Source: an uncultured bacterium
GTDB lineage: Bacteria; Armatimonadota; UBA5829
NCBI GenBank assembly: GCA_964523735.1
Contig: CAZFYZ010000001.1
Coordinates: forward strand, 10,672 to 74,671
Length of the DNA stretch: 64,000 nt
Direction of reading: 5' to 3'
The translations under genes and the position numbers were made by a program. This document shows, in pieces, positions 6,201 to 13,200 of this stretch (positions are counted from its first letter, which is position 1; each line of letters begins with the position of its first letter). A model generated the notes under the pieces. The model did not search any database and was not told the DNA's origin. It saw only the letters and a list, made by a program, of their open reading frames with translations.

Positions 6201-8869
6201 GGGAAACCGAGGCTTACGTAGGCCTCGATCAGCGCCTCTGTGCCTGCAAGTTCGCGTCCCAGCGGATAGATCGCGCTCGTGCCTCCCGCGATCTCGCTCA
6301 CGACTCGCGTGTAGTACTCCTGCTGGAGGCTCTTGAACAGCGCCTGCATCTGCTGCTCAACCGCGGCTTTTCTTGCAGCGTCGGGTTCATGCATGCCGCC
6401 GGCCAGGATTGCGTCCAGCGCCCTCTGGCGAAGATTCTGGTTGCTGGTCCAGAAGGAGTAGACATAGTAGAGGTAACTGTCCCAGACATACGGGGCGGGA
6501 TTCGGGTATGCGTAGTCACCTTTGAGGACGATGTAGTCGCTGCCAATAGCGTGAACTCCGCCGTATATCTGGACCTTGCCGTTGGATGGATCTTCGTGCC
6601 ATAGCGTAACCTCTGCGGCGGGAATGGCCATCAGCATATAGGCACCAAAGTTCGGTATGACAAGCTTGTCGTACCAGTAAGGCCGCACTCGTGCGTGCAG
6701 TGTCCCGAGGTTCAGTAGGTGTTGGTTATTGAAGAGCTGGAACTGACTGAACTTGGCCAGATGTGAGGCGGTCAGATCAAACGAGGAGAGAGAGTTGACG
6801 CCGTCCTGCCTATAGGCAGTCATGCTTATGTTGGTCGGCCAGTCGGGAACCACTTGCGACGGACTGCCGTACATATCGAGCGACTCCTTCAGTACACCGT
6901 CCTTCGGAGTGAGCTGTGTCGTCTCCCGAAGCACCGTTGTCTGCAGGTCGTCGATCGCGGTCGCCATCTGCGCGGTCACGTCACCATGGTGCTGCATGAG
7001 CGCGGTCAGCAGAGGCCGGTTGCCGAAGTTCTGCAGCGCCGACTTCACGCGCTGCCCTTCCTGCGTGATCAGCGCTAGTCGGTTCGGGTCCTTGTAGGCG
7101 TAGAACCACGGGTTCTCCCTGGCAAGCTGTGCATACGCGTTTGCGGCGGTAGCCCAAGCAGTCGGGTTCGCGACACGAGTGGAGTACAACGGGTTTGTCG
7201 TCAAGCCCTGGTCGCGGGGGAACAGCCTCAGGTTGTTGACGCTGTAGCCGTAGTTGGCTTGGTTGAGCATGTTCGCGTCGGCTGCGTTAATGAATGTGAG
7301 TTCGCTCGTGCCGGTTGTAGGCCCGGCCAACAAGCTCGAGAGGACCTCGGTTGTGGCGCGAGTGTAGATAGTGGTCTCGGCAGTGACGAATGACACATCA
7401 CCCTCATAGGGCAGGTCCCAGCCGTTGTTGTTCTGCTTGTAGGCTAGCGAGCCGTCAATTGCCTGCACGAAGCTCTGTTGGTAGCCGTCCGCGAGAGCTC
7501 CGAAGAGGTTCTGGTTGAGCCGGTCGAGGTCGGACTGCAGTTCGAGCACCGAGCTTCTGATCGCGGCAAGGCTGACCTGGACATCGCCAAGCTGGTAGAG
7601 AATCTGGTCCAGACCCCTGTCGATCGTGTCGAACCGGCTGTTGAGCTGCTCGTGCATCGCGAGCATCTGCTGGCGCATTTGGACCACCTGATCCAGCAGG
7701 TCCTCGAGCTGCTGCGTGGTCTGATCTGCCCCAAACAGCCCGGCTGATACACCGAAGATGTCGGACAACCCGAGAATGCCATGGCTGATCGTCATGGGAC
7801 TTGGCTGGGCGAAGGCCAACGCTACTCTGCTTATCCCACTAGCGACCTTTGTGACATCAGCGGCATACTTGGAGATCGTCGCGGCCGTGCTCGCCTGCGA
7901 GTCGTCGCCGGCCACGATCATCACCGCAAGCTCCGCGTGGACGCGGCTGCGGATACCGTTCAGGGCCTCGACGTCCTCGGCTCTTTGAGCACGGGCGGCG
8001 TTGAGCAACTCGATGTTGGGGTTGACGAAGGAAGCCAGGTAGTTCGACTTCTGAATAGCGTCCACCTGAACCGCCGTTTGGACCAGCCCCGGCATGGAAT
8101 CAACCACTGCCCCAGCGTGCGTGATCGCGTCCTGGCAAGTGGGCTGAAAACCCTGCGCCCTCAGCGCCTCAAGCGCCGCATAGTCGGCAGGCAGCGCCGC
8201 CATGGCCGCCGCAACATCGGGATAATGCTCGGCCATAGTGGCTGGCAGCGGGAAAGGGTCGAACCCCTGCGAACTGAGGTAGTGTAGGAACGCGACCCGC
8301 ACGATCGCCTTCGATTCCCCATTGGCATCGAGTCCCAGGAAACCGTAAGTCAGCACCACGTTCAGTTCGGCGCTGTTCGCCAGGTCGAACCCCTGCTCGT
8401 TCACGAAACTCATCAACTTCGTGAGCTGAGTAGCGAGTTCATCCTTGTGCAGGCCGAGCATCTGGAGTATCTCGAGGCCGAAATCCGCCCGCATGCCCGG
8501 CTGCTTAGCCGAGCGAACGCCGAACCTCATCTCCGTCAGGAAGTCGATGGGGATCATCAGGTCGGGGTCATTCGGATTCATCGAACGAATGTGCGCGTCG
8601 AACGCGTTGGCGAAGGCGTCCAGCTGCTCGAGTGTGGCGTTGGGGTTCTCGGCCGCAGCCTGCAAAATGGAGGCGAGCACGCCGACAACCCGATGGTTCG
8701 GCGAGCGCGCCAGGTCTGTCATCACTACCTGACTCGCAGAAATCGCCTGCTTAAGCCTGAGGTAATCGGCCTGGCTTTGTACCTGGAGATCAGGCCGGGG
8801 CAGATCGGCCAGGGCCGAAGTGACCAGAATGAGGGCCGGAATGGCCAGAAGTGCAGAGTGCCTAAACAT
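3275..8869 (-). CDS. Giant secreted multidomain protein (~1865 aa): helical N-terminal region, cadherin/VCBS-like domain, Ig-like domain, parallel beta-helix, and a very long Gly-rich (GGxGGxG) low-complexity C-terminal region
   Basis: The ORF track gives 3275..9112. The likely start is the Met at 8869 (MFRHSALLAIPALILVTSALA, a signal peptide) preceded by GGAGG. The cadherin/VCBS-like motif is VLANDAPEP...GGTVIFSADGEGGFSYQPPAGFTGTDSFQYVARG. The Ig-like (I-set-like) segment is ...GRYDVLMTPAGGAPFASSTAALTVI. The beta-helix-like repeats read ...TVAISANAITQETHIEGFSIFSANATTAGGSSYGVLISNGTGNVVLSCNAIAAG. The C-terminal ~600 aa are dominated by G/A/N/Q/S with runs of GGGGGGGGGG. Confidence 0.75.
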   Translation of the reverse strand: MFRHSALLAIPALILVTSALADLPRPDLQVQSQADYLRLKQAISASQVVMTDLARSPNHRVVGVLASILQAAAENPNATLEQLDAFANAFDAHIRSMNPNDPDLMIPIDFLTEMRFGVRSAKQPGMRADFGLEILQMLGLHKDELATQLTKLMSFVNEQGFDLANSAELNVVLTYGFLGLDANGESKAIVRVAFLHYLSSQGFDPFPLPATMAEHYPDVAAAMAALPADYAALEALRAQGFQPTCQDAITHAGAVVDSMPGLVQTAVQVDAIQKSNYLASFVNPNIELLNAARAQRAEDVEALNGIRSRVHAELAVMIVAGDDSQASTAATISKYAADVTKVASGISRVALAFAQPSPMTISHGILGLSDIFGVSAGLFGADQTTQQLEDLLDQVVQMRQQMLAMHEQLNSRFDTIDRGLDQILYQLGDVQVSLAAIRSSVLELQSDLDRLNQNLFGALADGYQQSFVQAIDGSLAYKQNNNGWDLPYEGDVSFVTAETTIYTRATTEVLSSLLAGPTTGTSELTFINAADANMLNQANYGYSVNNLRLFPRDQGLTTNPLYSTRVANPTAWATAANAYAQLARENPWFYAYKDPNRLALITQEGQRVKSALQNFGNRPLLTALMQHHGDVTAQMATAIDDLQTTVLRETTQLTPKDGVLKESLDMYGSPSQVVPDWPTNISMTAYRQDGVNSLSSFDLTASHLAKFSQFQLFNNQHLLNLGTLHARVRPYWYDKLVIPNFGAYMLMAIPAAEVTLWHEDPSNGKVQIYGGVHAIGSDYIVLKGDYAYPNPAPYVWDSYLYYVYSFWTSNQNLRQRALDAILAGGMHEPDAARKAAVEQQMQALFKSLQQEYYTRVVSEIAGGTSAIYPLGRELAGTEALIEAYVSLGFPQSMDRNQLLRGLLKGDGIGLGKDGVSRVYQDAATAIPDAAPDLIGLMAERASALQTALDTAAAPDSTQSTESHPYIKYALAALADIQPGRLQLANDDHYIAAGGALAVASSAGVLANDAPEPTISPEHVGYEVVAVFDQSSQPGGQRTTAQGGTVIFSADGEGGFSYQPPAGFTGTDSFQYVARGNYEGETQNPVFSNIATAYIQVGPAVVITAQPQPFTAPVGGTAVFRIGLSGDCAIQWRKNGIPLQESGRVSGTQLDTLVISQVQIDDAGRYDVLMTPAGGAPFASSTAALTVIAPTVSGGKLLGDGSDVDIPDGIVSRIWPGFFYIGSPDRSSGIRVQGTFQTITEGSAVRIRGAMRTNDAGERYIEPTSVIPMGSGIVRPLLMAPRSIGGADLNYDTDSGRGQKGIKGGVGLNNIGLLVKVVGHVSYVDPEGEFIDIWDGPVTQPEGLPADPLGGAGIRVMLPTMPVPKAGTQVTATGISSMYLHESESLPVVLANSTSDISVMTGDGTPDRPDCLFEDTNGDGIDGDISRAVFVAPSPWGSDSNSGTLDRPVATIERGIELAAAASPRKDVYVAAGAYSPTGGTLAMQSGVSIYGLYDGTARWGRSLSNITSIIGGTVAISANAITQETHIEGFSIFSANATTAGGSSYGVLISNGTGNVVLSCNAIAAGSGAVGADGVAGPAGQAGGQGGPGGNGNCDGTPPGYGGAYGNSACGMFGGYGGQGGVAGEHNGQAGGYGAGGAYGGSGGAWGNPGKRGGDGQNGADGADGVNGAQASAIGTVADGMYLPPTSGNGSTGGNGGGGGGGGGGGAQSGFFVIDGSGNGGGGGGGGGAAGAGGSGGQGGGGSFAVFIANAVATVDSNQLTSGSGGIGGAGGAGGAGGNGGSRGYGAALDTDEIGAGGNGGVGGKGGNGGHGSGGPGGPSICIFAFNSPITVGANEFIFAPFAGGGGSLGNTGLPGISLEVYNQ

Positions 8870-9283
8870 CTCTCTCCTCCGTACGCACGTTTGCGACACG
8901 GAGAGGTGAGATACATCCCCGTGTCTCGCAATCGGAAGCTTTCGTCGCTTATCCTGGCACGTTCTGGAGGGTTCACGCTGAAGCGTGCTGGACTTCGTGC
9001 GGCGAGTATTACGGGGTCTCCAACTTCTGAGGCCAACTGGAGTGTAGCCCAGGAATGCCTGGCTGTCAAGGGGTGGGGAGGAGGCTGAGTACTTGGCGTC
9101 CCAGCATTCCACAAGCCAGAGGTCCCTTGCAGCCAGCGACCACGAATCCGGCAGGCCCCTGCGGGAACTCTGGCTTGTCCAGCACTGCTAGCTTGTTGTC
9201 AGCATCGTTCCCGCAGTATGGCTTGGGACTGCAGATCGCTCATCCGTGTGTTGGCCCTGGGGAACATGCAGGCGAAGAGGCTG

Positions 9284-11044
9284 CTACTGCGCGCTTTGGA
9301 TGCGGCGCAGCATTTCTTTGGAATCGATGTAGCCTGTCACGCGTGATGAGGTGACTTCCTTGCCTGAGGAGTTTATGAAGACGATTGTGGGCAGGCCCTT
9401 TACGTTGTACTTGCGCATGGCAGTGGTTTCGGCGCGGTCCTGCTTAGTGGCATCCACGCGCAGGCGAACGAATGACGAGGTCGCCTTGACTACCTTCTGA
9501 TCGGCGAATGGCCCGTGCTCAAGCTTCTTGCAGTAGGCGCACCAGTCGGCGGTGAAGTCGATCATAACCGGCTTGTGCTGCTTCACGGCCTGCTGGACGG
9601 CTTTCGGGGAATACGGCTGCCAGGTCATTACGGACTTCTTCGCCGTCGGCGACGCGAGTGCCACGGCAGCTACCAGGGCCAACACGCCGAATGCCTTGCC
9701 CACAGATGCCGTAGCGGGTGTCGTTTTGATCGACTTCTCGAAGAACCCGAGATAGATCCCGCCAACTATCACGATTGCCGGTATCATGTATCTCTGCCAG
9801 GCTTCCGGCGCGAGCGGCATCACGAAGTACGCCGCTGCTCCGATGAGCAGGAACCCCGCGACCTTCTTTACAGCTACCATCCACATGCCCGGAACGGGCA
9901 TTCTGGCGGAGAATGTGGCGAGCACAAAGAGCGGTGTTCCCAGCCCGATGGCTAAGGCAAAGAAGAGCACAAAGCCCATCGCCGGACTTCCCAGCTTCGC
10001 CACGTACAGGAGCAGCCCGAGCACGACCGGTCCCACGCAAGGGGCGGCCACGATCCCGAATATCAGGCCCATGAACAGCGCGCCAAGGATTCCGCTCCTG
10101 GCGGACGCCTTGCTCTCGATGAATGCCGGTGGTCTCAGCTCATACAAGCCGAACATAGACATTGCGAGCGCCAGCAGTACGAGCGCGATTCCCAGCAGCA
10201 CCACGGGGCTCTGCATCGCCGCGCCAAAGACGCCGCCTGTCGTGGCCGCGACTGCCCCGAGCGTTGAATAAGTAAGCGCGATTCCCAGCACGTATGCCGC
10301 GGCCAAAGGCATGACACGCCTGGTGCTTGACTCATGCTGCCCGCTGAAGTAGCCGACTGTCACGGGGATCATGGGATAGACACAGGGAGTAAACGCAAGC
10401 AGCAGGCCCAACCCAAAGAGCGTCAAGAGGCGCAGGGGCAGCCCCCGCTTCTCGAGGTCAGCAGCGAAGTTGTGGTCCTTGGAGGTCGCCGCCGTCTCAG
10501 CCTTTTGGTGGCCGAAGACGCTGCCGTTGATCTTCTTGACCGGCGTGCCCTTCGGAGCGATCTTCACCGTGAGCTTCGAGTTGACAGTCTCCGGCGGGAA
10601 GCACTGGTCCTCTTTGCAGCCCTGCGAATCGAACCTGGACTTGATCGTGATCGCGCCTGTCTTCGCGCCCTGGCGGACACGCCCCTTGACTTTGATCACG
10701 AACGTATCCTCGTAAACAGGCAGCTCCTGGCCTGGCGCAAGCGGCGAACTGATGCGCTTCGGCAGCGGGTAATGCACCGGATCGAGGATCAGGGCCTTCG
10801 GAGCATCTATCTTGAGCTTGGCAGGATAGAGCGAGTCCTTATGTGCGGCGCCAATGTGGTACCCGGCCGTCACTTTACCCTTGAACGCAAGCTCAAAGGA
10901 ATCCCCTGGCCGCAGCTTGTTGGCCGAGAGAAGCAGTTTACCTGTGACGATCCGCTCGGATTCTTGTGCCAAGCTCGAGCCAGCAACTGCGAAGAGCGCA
11001 AGTAACACCACTAACAAGCGAAGACTGTGTCTAATCATTTCCAT
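9284..11044 (-). CDS. dsbD: Thiol:disulfide interchange protein DsbD-like (N-terminal periplasmic domain, multi-TM core, C-terminal thioredoxin domain with WCxxC)
   Basis: A signal peptide is present. The central region has about 8 TM helices with conserved Cys residues (…AFTPCVYPMIPVT… and …VAAPCVGPVVLG…). The C-terminal thioredoxin fold carries DFTADWCAYCKKLE. Confidence 0.8.
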   Translation of the reverse strand: MEMIRHSLRLLVVLLALFAVAGSSLAQESERIVTGKLLLSANKLRPGDSFELAFKGKVTAGYHIGAAHKDSLYPAKLKIDAPKALILDPVHYPLPKRISSPLAPGQELPVYEDTFVIKVKGRVRQGAKTGAITIKSRFDSQGCKEDQCFPPETVNSKLTVKIAPKGTPVKKINGSVFGHQKAETAATSKDHNFAADLEKRGLPLRLLTLFGLGLLLAFTPCVYPMIPVTVGYFSGQHESSTRRVMPLAAAYVLGIALTYSTLGAVAATTGGVFGAAMQSPVVLLGIALVLLALAMSMFGLYELRPPAFIESKASARSGILGALFMGLIFGIVAAPCVGPVVLGLLLYVAKLGSPAMGFVLFFALAIGLGTPLFVLATFSARMPVPGMWMVAVKKVAGFLLIGAAAYFVMPLAPEAWQRYMIPAIVIVGGIYLGFFEKSIKTTPATASVGKAFGVLALVAAVALASPTAKKSVMTWQPYSPKAVQQAVKQHKPVMIDFTADWCAYCKKLEHGPFADQKVVKATSSFVRLRVDATKQDRAETTAMRKYNVKGLPTIVFINSSGKEVTSSRVTGYIDSKEMLRRIQSAQ

Positions 11045-11116
11045 TCCATGTTACCAGATCGTACGTCCATAGTCACGCGGCACCTGCTCAGTGTACGAGT
11101 TCAGTCATGTGATCAT

Positions 11117-11203
11117 GTCATTTCGAGCAGTGCGAGAAACCTGCTTCTTGCGGGGCTCTTGGCAGATGCCGAAAAGCAGATTTCTCACTGCGTTCGAAAT
11201 GAC
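11117..11203. repeat. Long imperfect hairpin (~35-bp arms: GTCATTTCGAGCAGTGCGAGAAACCTGCTTC ... GAAAAGCAGATTTCTCACTGCGTTCGAAATGAC) flanked by 17-bp direct repeats GCGGCACCTGCTCAGTG at 11077-11093 and 11226-11242
   Basis: Read directly from the sequence. It lies in the divergent intergenic region between the dsbD-like gene (minus) and the TPR protein gene (plus). Confidence 0.5.
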
Positions 11204-11487
11204 AACTCCGGAAGACTGAGCTGTTGCGGCACCTGCTCAGTGCAGGAGCTGAGTCTTGCCCGCTGTCGTCTCGAGCAGGGCGAGTTCCATAAGAGTGTGC
11301 GCGTCTTCGCGCTTGCCAGCAACGCTGCAGGCTCTGCTACTCTACATACGTCTTCTATCTCAGCCATGTTACCCAGTGGGGTCGCCTTTCCTCACCGGAC
11401 GGCTCCTTGGGCGGGCAACAGCACCTGGAATTCCGCGTCGATTACTTATATACTGATGTTCGGTAACAAACGCGATGGAGGCACTGT

Positions 11488-12954
11488 ATGGTTTGGCGGA
11501 CGCTGACCACCTTGATTCTTATTCTTGGGCTGGGCGTGAGCTGCGCGGCTCAGGAAGAGCAGAAGCAGTTGAGTGACAAGGGCATCACTATCACCTATCC
11601 TCAGGGAATGGACTCTCAGGCAAAGAAAGTGATGGATGCGATGCAGAAGTCTGTCGCGCCCGCCCTTGAGATACACAAACAGATCGTCGCGACATTGGGT
11701 GACCCGGCCGACACGGCAAAGACCATTACAGACCTCATGGGGGCGGAAGAGGCTCAGGACGCCGCGCGCGCTCGACTTGCTACGTACAAGGAGAAGTCGG
11801 AGGCGCTGATTGCCGCGTTCTCCAACATCCATCTGATGAAGAAGACCGAGGCTGCCGCCAAGGGTGGGGTGGATGCCGGGGTGATTCAGGTCCGCTACTC
11901 GATCGAGCAGGATGAGTTCAGCGTGGGCCTGGACCTAAACTCGGTGGACGCTGATCGTATCAAGCGCAGCTACTTCCCGGTGTTCGTGAACTCAGACGGG
12001 TCTATCAAGTCGCTCGACAAGCTTGGCGATCGGGCGATCGATTTTCTGGGATCGAGCAAGGCCATGTTGGCCGCGCCGATTCACGAGACCGCGGTCTACA
12101 TCATGCGGGACAAGCTCGGCCTCTACCATCCGTTCACGCGCTGGTTCCTTGAGGCGGTGAGCGGTTGGGTTACTATACGCGCGCTTTCCGGTGATCCACA
12201 GGCCGCCGCCGTCGCGAACGAGCTATTCATGCCAGGCGCTATGGCCAAGAAGCTGAGTGATAGGGTCAATCTCCTCGCATGGCCGCAGTCGGCTTACCAG
12301 AACCAGAAGGCTCCATTCACCGATCCCGCTCTGGAGGTGGCGCAGACGCAATACGCAGTCGAGGCCCTGTCGCAACTACTGGGCGGAAACCGCGGCAGAA
12401 CTCTGGCAAAGATAATCGGCGAGGTCAAACACACTTCCGATGCGGACACTGATGCGATCTGTGAGGCGATCAAGAAGATCACAGGGACTGACTTCAAGCC
12501 GGCGTTACTTGCTCGCGTGCCAGAGAAGGTCAAGGCCGGGATGGAGACGGGTGAGTCCAAGAAGCTGGTCGCGCAGGCTGAGAAGCTGGCCGCGGGCAAG
12601 AAGTGGGGAGACGCTATCTCCAAGCTCCGTCTTGCTCTCCAGATGGCTCCAACCGATGTAAACGCCAGGTTGAACCTGGCGTGGATGGACAGGGAGAAGG
12701 GCGATCGCCACGATGCCGAGATCCAGATATTCATAGTGGGGCGGCTTCTGAAGCAGCAGGACTACAAGTTCCACCTGTTTTCAACCAGCGTCGAGGGCAA
12801 CTACGTTCTCGGCAGGCTGGCGATATTCATTGGCAATCTCGAATACGCCAAGAAGTTTCTGGAGCCCGTTCTGGCGGCGAAGCCGGATCACCAGGATGCG
12901 AAACGCGCACTCGAGCAGATCAAGCATATCGAGGGAGCTGCGATGGGTCGCTGA
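11488..12954 (+). CDS. Secreted hypothetical protein with C-terminal TPR-like repeats
   Basis: The signal peptide is MVWRTLTTLILILGLGVSCAAQ. A GGAGG-like RBS lies upstream. The C-terminal region (...AISKLRLALQMAPTDVNARLNLAWMDREKGDRHDAEIQ...AKKFLEPVLAAKPDHQDAKRALEQIK) is TPR-like. No confident family assignment is possible. Confidence 0.55.
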   Translation: MVWRTLTTLILILGLGVSCAAQEEQKQLSDKGITITYPQGMDSQAKKVMDAMQKSVAPALEIHKQIVATLGDPADTAKTITDLMGAEEAQDAARARLATYKEKSEALIAAFSNIHLMKKTEAAAKGGVDAGVIQVRYSIEQDEFSVGLDLNSVDADRIKRSYFPVFVNSDGSIKSLDKLGDRAIDFLGSSKAMLAAPIHETAVYIMRDKLGLYHPFTRWFLEAVSGWVTIRALSGDPQAAAVANELFMPGAMAKKLSDRVNLLAWPQSAYQNQKAPFTDPALEVAQTQYAVEALSQLLGGNRGRTLAKIIGEVKHTSDADTDAICEAIKKITGTDFKPALLARVPEKVKAGMETGESKKLVAQAEKLAAGKKWGDAISKLRLALQMAPTDVNARLNLAWMDREKGDRHDAEIQIFIVGRLLKQQDYKFHLFSTSVEGNYVLGRLAIFIGNLEYAKKFLEPVLAAKPDHQDAKRALEQIKHIEGAAMGR

Positions 12955-13200
12955 TGGGTGAGCCGTACAAAGAACAGCCCGCCTGAGCAGGGCGGGCATC
13001 TCCAGGAGGGTTCCAACGCTTTCTCGAAGGAGAGATCAGCACTAGTAACTTCTGCAATTATCGTGCCGTAACTCTCGCAGCGGGCCGGCATCCATCAAAA
13101 CCGGCTTTTGTGCGGGCAATCGGTCGGGGTGGGAACACAGGTCCAGCTTGTCTGCGTAAGCTTACCTGGCGTACAGCCTGAAGTGGTATACTAATCTGTC

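Noticed and set aside
8869-9283. Considered whether the 414-bp gap upstream of the giant gene hides a small gene or a sigma-dependent promoter that I could name
   Set aside because: I found only short hairpins: CTCCGT...ACGGAG around the RBS, and CACGC-tgaa-GCGTG. I could not match any promoter consensus with confidence, and there is no ORF with an RBS.
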